A DNA stretch of 64,000 nt, taken from the NCBI GenBank assembly GCA_041987425.1, contig JBHIWP010000002.1:18608-82607 (forward strand). The letters are read 5' to 3'. Below the pieces are notes generated by a model. The model worked only from the letters and a program-made list of their open reading frames with translations. It was not told where the DNA came from and ran no database searches. Shown piece after piece: positions 18,907-27,276 of this stretch (within the stretch, counting starts at the first letter, position 1; every line of letters begins with the position of its first letter). The stretch comes from Candidatus Promineifilaceae bacterium (GTDB lineage Bacteria; Chloroflexota; Anaerolineae; Promineifilales; Promineifilaceae). The position numbers and the translations under genes were made by a program.

Positions 18907-19542
18907 TCAAGCCAGAGGCGCTGGGCTTTGGTCAGAAGATAGTCGCCCGGCTTTGCACCATCTCCCAACGTGCGCGTTCAATCCTTGCACAGTACCAAAT
19001 TTACGGCCGCACTTTTCGCATTCATGCTCTGCACTATTCGCACTCATGCCAGCATCCTTTTGCATAGTGCTAGCATGTGCAAATTTTAATTCTAGCTCTT
19101 TTGCTTTAAGCTGTCGCTTTGCTTCTTTATCCAAAGCCTTTTGCTTAAGGTCAAATGATAGCATTATACCGTCCTGCCTGGTGTCTTGCTTAACCAATTC
19201 CTGCAAAGCAACCAGAACATAAACCAATGGTGCGATCCAGAACACCACCGCGCCAATGCTATCACGTAGCTCATAGGAGCCTATGCCAACATACGCCACC
19301 ATGATAACAACCGCAATAACGGCCGTTCTGTTATCGTTTCGTTTCCATGCTGTCATGCCCACGTGCCCCGCCAATATACCCACCGCCTCCAAGCCTAGCG
19401 CCGTCAATGCGCCAGCGGGAATGGCTAACCACGCCTCATTTGTCATAGTTAGAACAGCCGAATAAACACGCCAGCCGAAAAAGATGACGGGTGCAATGGG
19501 TACAAAAATCGGTGCCGTGATAGACAAGAATTGATAAATCAT
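18907..19542 (-). CDS. Multi-pass membrane protein with a coiled coil and a C-terminal C2H2-type zinc finger
   Basis: About 4 hydrophobic helices, then a Lys/Glu coiled coil, then CEKCGRKFGTVQGLNAHVGRWC. The start was set at 19542 (MIYQF), 2 nt after the upstream stop. Confidence 0.5.
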   Translation of the reverse strand: MIYQFLSITAPIFVPIAPVIFFGWRVYSAVLTMTNEAWLAIPAGALTALGLEAVGILAGHVGMTAWKRNDNRTAVIAVVIMVAYVGIGSYELRDSIGAVVFWIAPLVYVLVALQELVKQDTRQDGIMLSFDLKQKALDKEAKRQLKAKELELKFAHASTMQKDAGMSANSAEHECEKCGRKFGTVQGLNAHVGRWCKAGRLSSDQSPAPLA

Positions 19543-19544
19543 AC

Positions 19545-20006
19545 TTAACTGTCCCTTCCCTTTTTGTATCCCCACAACCAAATAACAATCAAGGGGGTCG
19601 CAATCAATGATATTTTGTAAAAAGCATTCGGAGAAAGTGCATCTCCAGAGATGCCGCTAACAATATAAGCAGACTGTGTATACACGTACGCAAGAAAACC
19701 AATGGTTGCAATAATAATGACGTACGCCCTGACAGGCATTACTAATCTGAAAGGGCGAGGATCAATCTCTCTAGTTGCCTTCCCTAAATTGCAATCACAA
19801 CATGCAACAACAAGATTGTCTACTGAATCTGTGCCACCTTTTGAAACAGGTAATACATGGTCAATATGCAGCTTAACATCTGGGGCGCTTCTGCCACAAT
19901 ACCTACACGTAAAATGGTCTCTGCTCAATATTTTCCATCTTTTTTTCTTCGATAAGTTTCTACGCATTGTAAAGTCCCCAGCGCGGCATGGACACAACAA
20001 CCGCAC
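19545..20006 (-). CDS. HNH endonuclease fused to C-terminal transmembrane helices
   Basis: CRYCG...HIDHVLPVSKGGTDSVDNLVVACCDCNLGK, followed by about 3 hydrophobic segments. The start may instead be the internal ATG at 19967. Confidence 0.6.
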   Translation of the reverse strand: MRLLCPCRAGDFTMRRNLSKKKRWKILSRDHFTCRYCGRSAPDVKLHIDHVLPVSKGGTDSVDNLVVACCDCNLGKATREIDPRPFRLVMPVRAYVIIIATIGFLAYVYTQSAYIVSGISGDALSPNAFYKISLIATPLIVIWLWGYKKGRDS

Positions 20007-20036
20007 TCCACATTAAGAGCTTGCCGTAATCAAGTC

Positions 20037-20612
20037 TCATCCGTTGTTACTCCAATGCCACGCCTCAGCCGCGTAGCAATAATGCACAATTTCTTTAACG
20101 GGCCAGCCGCTATCCGTCAATGTCATCAGGTGACTATCTAAGGATACCAATTGCCCCTCATTAACGTGTTCATTTGTAAGGACGGCGGGCGCGGTAATGC
20201 GCTTGATGTTTCGCCCTGTCATCCGCACAATGCCGAAATAGATAGCATCAAGGTCTAACAGTCGGCACTGCTCTATACTATCCCCGCTTAAGGCCAGGTA
20301 GATTGCAGCCAGGGCACAAGCGCGATAAGTTGTTCGCCGCTCATAGGCATAGTAGCCCTTCTCTGTGCGCTCAATGAATTGCTTTCTTGCAATGCCGTAC
20401 ATCTGCCAGCCCATAGCCAGGAAGTGCCCTAACGGCTCCCGCCTTACCGGCTGCGGCTGGTATATTTCTTCCCAGGTGCGCGGGCGATCTGGAATCGTCA
20501 CCCGCTGCGGCTGCATAACGCTATACGACTGTTGCACCGCTGGCAGGTTAGCACCGCTCTGTTGCCATTGGTCTTGTAACACGATACGGCCGTTGTTCGT
20601 TCTCACACTCAT
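20037..20612 (-). CDS. Phage protein, unknown function
   Basis: 191-aa ORF. Confidence 0.45.
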   Translation of the reverse strand: MSVRTNNGRIVLQDQWQQSGANLPAVQQSYSVMQPQRVTIPDRPRTWEEIYQPQPVRREPLGHFLAMGWQMYGIARKQFIERTEKGYYAYERRTTYRACALAAIYLALSGDSIEQCRLLDLDAIYFGIVRMTGRNIKRITAPAVLTNEHVNEGQLVSLDSHLMTLTDSGWPVKEIVHYCYAAEAWHWSNNG

Positions 20613-20699
20613 AATATACTCCTCCGTTGACCCGTCGTCGTCGTCGTCGTCTCGAGGTAGACGGGCGCATACGGGTAAACTAGCCTGTGGGGAAGGGTG

Positions 20700-21344
20700 C
20701 TAAACTTCAATATCCAAAACCTCTCTTAACCCCTTATCCGTCCACTGCCCTTGTTCTGTGATGTATTCCTTATCCTTCATAATCTTCGTGGCAATCCCAA
20801 AGTCAACAGAGCTGATACCAATGCCGTTATCTTTATCGCCCCACCCTATCCCCTTTGCCGACGTGTCCCGTCGTACGAACATATCCCCGCCTTCGTAAAT
20901 GGATTGAATCCTATCTAGTTCCTTGCCGGTAAATTTGTGGCGCAGGCTGCCGTATGCGATGGTGAGAGACGGCCGATCTAATGCAATCGTTCTGTTCTTG
21001 ACTTCGACCATTCGGCTTTGTGCTTGCGCTGGCTGTATCGTTGCTTCGTACTCGCTACGGCTTTGGGTACGTTCTGGCTGGTATTCGCTTAACCGTCGCT
21101 GCAACATCAGCCAACCAAACGCGCCGTATGTAGCACACGGCATCCCCAGCAATAGCAGGAAAAAACCGTGTTCAATTGAACCGATGCACAGCGCCCCGCC
21201 TAATCCCATCAGTGCCCCAAAGCCAGCATTGGAGAATGAGGGTGTGATAACAAACGTTTCCAGCGATTGCAAGAAACGAACGCTTTCACGCTCCTCTATT
21301 AATGGCTTTAAGCCTACGGCCGTTTGGTGGTACTTCTCGCTCAT
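20700..21344 (-). CDS. Phage membrane protein, unknown function
   Basis: 214-aa ORF with two central hydrophobic helices. Confidence 0.45.
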   Translation of the reverse strand: MSEKYHQTAVGLKPLIEERESVRFLQSLETFVITPSFSNAGFGALMGLGGALCIGSIEHGFFLLLLGMPCATYGAFGWLMLQRRLSEYQPERTQSRSEYEATIQPAQAQSRMVEVKNRTIALDRPSLTIAYGSLRHKFTGKELDRIQSIYEGGDMFVRRDTSAKGIGWGDKDNGIGISSVDFGIATKIMKDKEYITEQGQWTDKGLREVLDIEV

Positions 21345-21403
21345 GCTGTCTAGCGATACTCCTTTGCCCCGGCCATTGCGACCGGGGCATGTTGGGAAGG
21401 GAG

Positions 21404-21871
21404 TTAACCAAAAATCACAGTCAAATTTTCCTTGTCAGAATGAACCTGCAAGAAATTGATAAAGCCGATTACGTCACGAACACGGCCGCAAAAGGCCACA
21501 AACTCTCTATAAGCCTCGCCATCAAGTGTGTGACGGATTTCTCCTGTAGAAGCCAGCCAGGGAATAAGCGTTTCATCACGAAAGGCAATTACCTTTTCAA
21601 GAGTGCCATTGTTCATTTTCAATTCCTCACCATTGCTACCCTCCCAACCAGGGAAAAAGTCATACGGCATTGGCGCGTCAAGCTCTCTTGCTTTATTGCC
21701 CACCCATGACAAACTACCCCATGATTCACGAAGATAGCCGCTCTCTGGCACACTTTCAAAACCGGTAATGGAGTTTTTGTAATAATTTCTCCATTGGCCG
21801 TCTGATTCATGCCAGCCTATAAACTCATCTTTTTCAACTTTTCCCCATCTGCAATAAATATCTAATCCCAT
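21404..21871 (-). CDS. Phage protein, unknown function
   Basis: The start was moved to the ATG at 21871 (MGLDIYCRW), with GGAGG 7 nt upstream. The longer ORF-track start would run through the terminator. Confidence 0.5.
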   Translation of the reverse strand: MGLDIYCRWGKVEKDEFIGWHESDGQWRNYYKNSITGFESVPESGYLRESWGSLSWVGNKARELDAPMPYDFFPGWEGSNGEELKMNNGTLEKVIAFRDETLIPWLASTGEIRHTLDGEAYREFVAFCGRVRDVIGFINFLQVHSDKENLTVIFG

Positions 21872-21882
21872 CTCAAACCTCC

Positions 21883-21920
21883 ACAAAACAAAAATGCCCG
21901 TCTGCTTGCACAGAACGGGC
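21883..21920 (-). terminator. Intrinsic terminator upstream of the late-region genes
   Basis: The minus strand reads GCCCGTTCTG tgcaag CAGACGGGC followed by ATTTTTGTTTTG. Confidence 0.5.
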
Positions 21921-22010
21921 ATTCATGGCTAGAATGATACTAGCCTTATCACAGAAGTCCCGTTCTGTGCTTGGGTTAGCAGGTGGTATGTATTGCGAGT
22001 ACTGCCACCT
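21908..22010 (-). promoter_or_regulatory. Two stem-loops preceding the terminator. The second competes with the terminator stem
   Basis: Stem I: AGGTGG 21981-21986 / CCACCT 22005-22010. Stem II: 12 bp, 21908-21919 / 21959-21970, with an inner GGCTAG/CTAGCC hairpin. Its 3' arm overlaps the terminator 5' arm. Confidence 0.35.
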
Positions 22011-22028
22011 GCGTTTACCTCTGATAAA

Positions 22029-22427
22029 TTAACTCAAAATAATCTTCATATTCTGCCCTATACCTGCGGCAAGATTGCGATCTCTGACCATCAATAGAAT
22101 CTCTCTTCTTAACCCCTTCTCTAGTTCCTTTCTGCCTTTCTGTATATTGCACGAATAGCAAGCAGTAACTAAATTCCACGATTGGTTTAATCGGCTTGTG
22201 GGGCTAAATCCGTTTGTTGGCACAACATGATCGACATGTAACTTAAAATCATACGGGTCATAAGATACAGCACAATAAATACATGTGTAGTTATCACGTC
22301 GCAAAATCACGTCTTTGCAGCGATTTACATCCTCACCCAAAGCTACTGCTCTGCATGTAGTACTACAGTATTTTCTCGTTTTGGGGAATCGCTTAACTGT
22401 TCTACCGCATACTGCGCATTCAATCAT
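22029..22427 (-). CDS. HNH endonuclease
   Basis: CAVCG ... HVDHVVP ... WNLVTACYSCNIQKG. Confidence 0.75.
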   Translation of the reverse strand: MIECAVCGRTVKRFPKTRKYCSTTCRAVALGEDVNRCKDVILRRDNYTCIYCAVSYDPYDFKLHVDHVVPTNGFSPTSRLNQSWNLVTACYSCNIQKGRKELEKGLRREILLMVRDRNLAAGIGQNMKIILS

Positions 22428-22599
22428 CGTTAACCTGCTCCCACTCTATCTTTTGACTTGCCACCTGCCACACCTCACGCTCGATCTTTTCCATAACCGC
22501 ATCGTGAATAAATCTAACCATTGGCACACGGAGTAGGGCGGCGGCGAGTTTGGCGTTGTTTCTGGTGGCTGTGTACAGTTTTACGGTTACAAATTCCAT
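22420..22599 (-). CDS. Small ribbon-helix-helix-like protein (59 aa, not in the ORF track)
   Basis: Hand translation gives MEFVTVKLYTATRNNAKLAAALLRVPMVRFIHDAVMEKIEREVWQVASQKIEWEQVNDD. Its stop overlaps the HNH ATG (GATGATTGA). Confidence 0.45.
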   Translation of the reverse strand: MEFVTVKLYTATRNNAKLAAALLRVPMVRFIHDAVMEKIEREVWQVASQKIEWEQVNDD

Positions 22600-22605
22600 G
22601 TAGTA

Positions 22606-22634
22606 AGTTTAGCAAATTTACAACCTGCCGTCAA
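22606..22634 (-). promoter_or_regulatory. Sigma-70-like promoter TTGACG-17-TAAACT. The ATG of the small RHH gene lies 6 nt after the -10, so the mRNA would be leaderless
   Basis: Minus-strand reading: -35 at 22634-22629 and -10 at 22611-22606. Confidence 0.35.
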
Positions 22635-22708
22635 CCCCTAATCCCCGCCCCACTGCCACGCCTGCTGAATCACAATAACCTCATCTGCACGGCCGTTGCG
22701 GGCCGTGT

Positions 22709-23527
22709 CTAGCCTATAACCAGTAGTGGCGGATTAGCCCAGGCTACGCGCTTTTTGGCCAGTGCCACGTATTCAGGGCTAATATCAAAGCCCAGGTATT
22801 TGCGGCCGTTTTGGTACGCTATCTTTGCCGTTGTGCCGCTGCCCATAAACGGGTCAAGTACAATATCGCCGGAATTGGACCACGAGAGGATATGATCGTG
22901 CGCCAATTGTTCAGGGAAAATCGCCTCATGCTCAAAAGCGTACCGGTCCTTTGTTGTTCGCCCGGCCCCGATTGCGTATTTCCAAATGTTTCCCCTGTAT
23001 CCTTCTTTCTTTGTAATAAACGGTTTGCGGCCGTCACGCTGTAGCGAGTTGCCATTAATAGCAATAGACCTATTATTGTTGTTTAGTTCGCCTGCATACT
23101 TATTCTTTTTGAGCAACGGATTGAACGTACTCGGTGCGCCCTTTGAAAACACAAACATATATTCAAAATGTTGTTCATATCGGTTGTGCGTCATGGGAAG
23201 GCCTTCACGCCAATACACCATCGTATCGTGTAAATTAAACCCACATTCCATTGCAAAAAGCGCCTGCTTAAAACTTGTGCCAGTTTCAGAACCATCAATA
23301 GTGGCATCAGCTACAACCCAAACGACTACCCCGCCCGATTTTGTCACCCGGTAAAGCTGCTCGATGACTGGCCTGTAATCAAAAATAAAGCCGTTGTACT
23401 TTCGCAAATTATCGTAAGGCGGGCTAGTCACTGTCAAATCAATACACTCGTCAGGCAACCGGCTCATCATTTCGCTACACTCGCCGCAGTAGATTTCGTT
23501 TGCCTCATATGGTCCTAAATCTTTCAT
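22709..23527 (-). CDS. DNA methyltransferase (N4-C/N6-A, N6_N4_Mtase family)
   Basis: DLTVTSPPY catalytic motif near the N-terminus and a C-terminal FMGSGTT AdoMet motif (beta-class order). Confidence 0.8.
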   Translation of the reverse strand: MKDLGPYEANEIYCGECSEMMSRLPDECIDLTVTSPPYDNLRKYNGFIFDYRPVIEQLYRVTKSGGVVVWVVADATIDGSETGTSFKQALFAMECGFNLHDTMVYWREGLPMTHNRYEQHFEYMFVFSKGAPSTFNPLLKKNKYAGELNNNNRSIAINGNSLQRDGRKPFITKKEGYRGNIWKYAIGAGRTTKDRYAFEHEAIFPEQLAHDHILSWSNSGDIVLDPFMGSGTTAKIAYQNGRKYLGFDISPEYVALAKKRVAWANPPLLVIG

Positions 23528-23737
23528 CGTCCTACCCTCTCTCGCGTGATACGGCCGTTGCCCACGAATCCATTAACGCGGGTCAAAACGGCAGCTCCTC
23601 ATCATTCGCAACGCTATCAACCTTACCAAACCCAAACATTGCCCACGCTGCCAGCCGACAATGAATACGGAAGTACAGACCGCCGCTGCTGGGTAACGGT
23701 AAACAAGAAACAAGCCAGTCAAAGGTTCTGTATAACA

Positions 23738-24361
23738 TCACGCGCCGCCTTCGCTGGTTAGTGCCTCGCCTGATTTCGCCGCTATTCGATTCAGTTTATG
23801 TTGTGCCCAATTCTCACCACTGTACCCAGTGGGCGGCAATCCTGTACGCGCCAAATCACGGATGTACTCTAAATCCCCCTCCAGCGCCGCTACCCGTTCG
23901 CGTAGCGCGGCGATTGTTTTCTGGTCCTCGCTGTACTGGTGCTGGTAATAGTCTAAATCGTCTTTCGTTACCCGTTCGCGCAGGCGGGAAGCCTCTGCAA
24001 AGTTCGCCGCTCGTGACCGTTCCGTTTCGTCATACTGCTTTTGCAGCCTCGTGATTTCCGCGTGTAGCAGGTCGTTTTCCTCGCGTAAGCTGGCGTTTTC
24101 TTGCATGGCCTCGTGTATCTCCAGCCCTTCGTATTGAGCCACCACGCGGCCGCTTTCCAGGCTGTACACGGTGATACTGCCATCTGCCTCTAATGATTCT
24201 TTATTCGTGATAAACTTCGGTGGTATTGTTGCCATCGCGTTAACCCTCACTGTTTTTGTAGACATTGATTCTGTCGGTAATTTAATGCCCTGATTGGTTG
24301 TGACCATCGCGTCATCCTCCCGCCGGTCGCCCGGCTTATCTCTTGCTAGTTTTGTTGCCAC
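23738..24361 (-). CDS. Phage coiled-coil protein, unknown function
   Basis: 207-aa ORF, Glu/Leu/Arg-rich in the centre. Confidence 0.45.
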   Translation of the reverse strand: MATKLARDKPGDRREDDAMVTTNQGIKLPTESMSTKTVRVNAMATIPPKFITNKESLEADGSITVYSLESGRVVAQYEGLEIHEAMQENASLREENDLLHAEITRLQKQYDETERSRAANFAEASRLRERVTKDDLDYYQHQYSEDQKTIAALRERVAALEGDLEYIRDLARTGLPPTGYSGENWAQHKLNRIAAKSGEALTSEGGA

Positions 24362-24534
24362 TTATGCCCTGCGTCACATATGCAGCCCTTAGCGGTTGGC
24401 GGTGCACCACAGTTGCGACAAATCAAAACCGTATGCTTGCACTCTTCCGCGCCGCCTCGAGCCTTGCAAGTGGGACAGTCGCCATAAATGTACTGCCCAA
24501 AACTCCCGTCAATTTGTATGTAAATATCGCTCAT
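24346..24534 (-). CDS. Small Cys-rich protein
   Basis: 62 aa with CPTC...CRNC...CIC. Confidence 0.4.
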   Translation of the reverse strand: MSDIYIQIDGSFGQYIYGDCPTCKARGGAEECKHTVLICRNCGAPPTAKGCICDAGHKWQQN

Positions 24535-24543
24535 GGTGTCACC

Positions 24544-25452
24544 TTAAAACCAATCATTCTCAGCCAGCAACGGCCGCATATCGCGTATGCCTGTCATGTT
24601 AATTCGATACCGCTTAGGAACCATTTGCAGTAGGCGAGACCATGACGCGCCGCCTAAAAATGTCGCCATTTCCCGACTGGTTAGATTGCTAGTAACAATC
24701 ATGCTGATTCCATTTTCATAGCAGTGATTGATTAGGGAATAGTATCTATCCTGCTTTTCCTGTAGCTGCATATCCAGATCGCGCTTTTCCCATTTGAGCG
24801 TGCCCTCGCGTCCCAAATCGTCAATAATCACTACCTTGCCCAAATTCTGGAAGGTGTACCGTTCGCTAAAGTTTTCAGCATCAAATAAGGCCATAATTTC
24901 ACGTGCAGAGTAGAAGCGCCCCACAGGATAGACTTGCAAGCTATCAGGCATACCATGTGCATAGGTGTACCTTACGTTGGCATAGTAGGCGGCTTGGGCC
25001 AATGTTGTTTTGCCGCAGCCGTAGCCAGTGCGATCCATATCGCCGTCAACAGGATTGGCAACCATAATCAATGACAATCCATGCGCCCCGCTCTTAATTT
25101 CCTTCACGAAATCTTTAACCGTCTGAACGGCCGTTTCCAGCTTTTGCCGCTCGGCTTCATCGTCGATGTGGTCAAAAGTGATTTGGTCAAAAGTGGGCCA
25201 GCCCTTTTCTGCAATAACGGCAGCAACTTCTTTTTCCGACGGTTCCCACCGCGCCTGCTCTTCCCGCTCAATTTCATATTGCCGGTCAAGCTCTGCTAAT
25301 CGTTGCGCTGCCCCAGGATGCTTGTCAGCAAAATAGTGGTTAAACGTTGGGTGCTTTCCCCGGTCTACTTCTCTGCTCTTTTCCAGGCCAACATATTCGC
25401 TTAACGCTTCGCTCATTAAATCAAAATCTGATTTATCTTGAACAATTTCCAT
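24544..25452 (-). CDS. DnaC/IstB-like AAA+ helicase loader
   Basis: Walker A GYGCGKTT and Walker B VVIIDDLG. Lies directly downstream of the initiator gene. Confidence 0.75.
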   Translation of the reverse strand: MEIVQDKSDFDLMSEALSEYVGLEKSREVDRGKHPTFNHYFADKHPGAAQRLAELDRQYEIEREEQARWEPSEKEVAAVIAEKGWPTFDQITFDHIDDEAERQKLETAVQTVKDFVKEIKSGAHGLSLIMVANPVDGDMDRTGYGCGKTTLAQAAYYANVRYTYAHGMPDSLQVYPVGRFYSAREIMALFDAENFSERYTFQNLGKVVIIDDLGREGTLKWEKRDLDMQLQEKQDRYYSLINHCYENGISMIVTSNLTSREMATFLGGASWSRLLQMVPKRYRINMTGIRDMRPLLAENDWF

Positions 25453-25454
25453 TG

Positions 25455-26225
25455 CTAAAACTCTCCTTGAACTTGCCTAACTTCGCGGGTCTTTAACGCA
25501 TGGTGTGTGCCGTTTGATTGACGGCCGTTTTGACTGAGTAAAGAATTGTCTTTAAGCGGGAAAATACCCGTCCACTGATTCATGATTGATTGCTTCACCA
25601 TTGCCGTTGCCATAGCGGGATTGTATTTAGCCAACTCCCTTAACTGCATATCAACAGCCCTTTGCGTCAGCTTTTTGCGCTGCTCTTGCCGCGCCGCAGG
25701 CCACTCTTGCGTAAATACCCGAACAAACTCAGGTGTGTTTAGTTTTTCTGGTATGTTGAATTCAATTTCTTTTTTCTGCCGTTTCTTTTGCGCGTGTGCT
25801 TTTGGTGGTTCTTTTATGGTTCTTGATGGTTCTTGATGGTTCTGGGTGACTGGTGTGTCACCTTTTTGCGCTGGTGTGTCACCTTTTATGACCGTAGTGT
25901 CACCTTTTTGCGCTGGTGTGTCACCTTTTTCTGTCTCATTAAAGGTGACTGGTGTGTCACCTTTTTGAACGCAATTAATCACGTATTCATTGGTATTTCC
26001 GCGCCCTGCGTTACGTTCTATTGTCAGCTCGCCATCTGCCTCGGCCTGAGCAATCAACCGCTTAACGCTGCGCGGCTTCACGTCGATACGGTTAGCCAAT
26101 GTTTCTATAGCAGGCCAGCAACGGCCGTCAGCATCGGCAAATTCAGCCAGGGCAAGCATAAGCAGTTTCCCGTAGCCTGTTTGCTTTGAATGTTCCCAAA
26201 CTGCTTTTGTCGCCTGCCAACTCAT
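25455..26225 (-). CDS. Replication initiator-like protein (N-terminal winged HTH, repeat linker)
   Basis: The N-terminus resembles phage replication/DnaD-type HTH proteins. The central KGDTP(A/V) 7-aa repeats are encoded by 21-bp iterons. Confidence 0.55.
   Translation of the reverse strand: MSWQATKAVWEHSKQTGYGKLLMLALAEFADADGRCWPAIETLANRIDVKPRSVKRLIAQAEADGELTIERNAGRGNTNEYVINCVQKGDTPVTFNETEKGDTPAQKGDTTVIKGDTPAQKGDTPVTQNHQEPSRTIKEPPKAHAQKKRQKKEIEFNIPEKLNTPEFVRVFTQEWPAARQEQRKKLTQRAVDMQLRELAKYNPAMATAMVKQSIMNQWTGIFPLKDNSLLSQNGRQSNGTHHALKTREVRQVQGEF
25738..25966. repeat. Candidate phage replication origin: iterons plus an adjacent A/T-rich tract inside the initiator gene
   Basis: GGTGTGTCACCTTTT-type 15-mers start at 25852, 25873, 25894 (variant), 25915 and 25951, spaced 21 bp. 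ATGGTTCTTG occurs three times (third copy ATGGTTCTGG) at 25817-25846. An A/T-rich tract spans 25738-25790. Confidence 0.5.
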
Positions 26226-26404
26226 CTCAAATCACCATTTTCGGCAAAACTACAATCGCCGTTTTCGGCCGTGAATGGTAGAGGGAGATCGTCTACCGCT
26301 GTCAGGCTGCTAACTATCGCTTGAAGCTGTTCAACCTGCCTCTTTAGCTGCTCATTCTGTTTGATGTAATAAATAGTTGGCTTTATCGTGTACTGGCTTG
26401 TCAT
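26222..26404 (-). CDS. Small phage protein
   Basis: 60-aa ORF coupled to the initiator gene. Confidence 0.35.
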   Translation of the reverse strand: MTSQYTIKPTIYYIKQNEQLKRQVEQLQAIVSSLTAVDDLPLPFTAENGDCSFAENGDLR

Positions 26405-26503
26405 TGTCCTATCCTGCTATCCTGCCGTGGCTATCATTTTTTCCACGTGCTTACGTCCCTTGTCCTACCCCGCCCGGCGTCCTGGTCCAGGCGGGGGATG
26501 GTG

Positions 26504-26782
26504 CTAGTCGGTCTGCTCCCTGTAGTTTTTTGCGTACTCCCCCTCAGCGCGAATTGCTAGTATCATCCGCGTTTCGTCAAGTTTCTTGGCAAGTTCGGGG
26601 GTCCTTGCCCATCTCTCGCCAGAAACAATCAGACTGTGCAGAATGTCGCCACACTCTCCAAGCATCTCCCGCGCCTCATCCAGCTCCCGCCGCAGCCGCT
26701 CGTTTTCTGCCAGCAAGTCAGCCAACGTTTCCTCTAGCCCTTCTATGGTCAGTGCTTTAATGTCGTGTTCGTGGTTTGCCAT
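26504..26782 (-). CDS. Small coiled-coil phage protein
   Basis: 92-aa ORF. Confidence 0.4.
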   Translation of the reverse strand: MANHEHDIKALTIEGLEETLADLLAENERLRRELDEAREMLGECGDILHSLIVSGERWARTPELAKKLDETRMILAIRAEGEYAKNYREQTD

Positions 26783-26808
26783 GTCACGCCTCCTCTGGGG
26801 TGGGGGAA

Positions 26809-27276
26809 TTAAACCTCCACAATACTGACTGCCACTCTTTCTAATTCGTCTAATGGAACCAACAAACCAACCGTGTTGTAATCCTTGTTTGGTATGCTAC
26901 GCGTTTGGTATTTTCGGTTCCAGCGGGATAACTTCTTACGTAAATCTCGCGGCCGTATCACGTATATTGGGCCACTGTCATCAATGTAGTAAAAAATATA
27001 ATCAGCCTGACAGGTATAGGCCCAGCCCTGGATATTTGCCCGGTCTACGCTTATGGTTTCAATGAAGGCATTCCCTGTGCGGCTTGCCGTTTTGTCAGCT
27101 TTGTATTGGATGGCAAATTTTTTACCAGTTTCGTACTCTGTAAAAAACCGGTCAATGCCGCGTCGTTCGTCGTTACGCGCCGCCTCTTTTATTTGGAATC
27201 TGTCAGCAAAAACAGAATCTAAGAATTTTTCGGCACGTCGCCCGCGCTGGAGCTGTCGCTTAAATGAGTATTTCAT
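26809..27276 (-). CDS. Putative PD-(D/E)XK-type nuclease
   Basis: GIDRFF ... AIQYKAD resembles a D...(E/Q)xK core. The start at 27276 forms an ATGA overlap with the upstream stop. Confidence 0.3.
   Translation of the reverse strand: MKYSFKRQLQRGRRAEKFLDSVFADRFQIKEAARNDERRGIDRFFTEYETGKKFAIQYKADKTASRTGNAFIETISVDRANIQGWAYTCQADYIFYYIDDSGPIYVIRPRDLRKKLSRWNRKYQTRSIPNKDYNTVGLLVPLDELERVAVSIVEV

Noticed and set aside
537-19465. Many 60-190-aa plus-strand ORFs inside the prophage structural and packaging genes (for example 537..845, 3278..3729, 4206..4535, 5549..6109, 12595..13164, 15126..15695, 18857..19222)
   Set aside because: All are embedded antisense in longer, functionally coherent, translationally coupled minus-strand genes. 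Their compositions are Ser/Arg/Cys/Pro-rich low complexity, typical of shadow frames.
25817-25966. CRISPR-like regular repeats
   Set aside because: The repeats are 15 bp at 21-bp spacing inside a continuous ORF with no spacer-sized unique inserts and no cas genes. They are interpreted as iterons and a coding linker.
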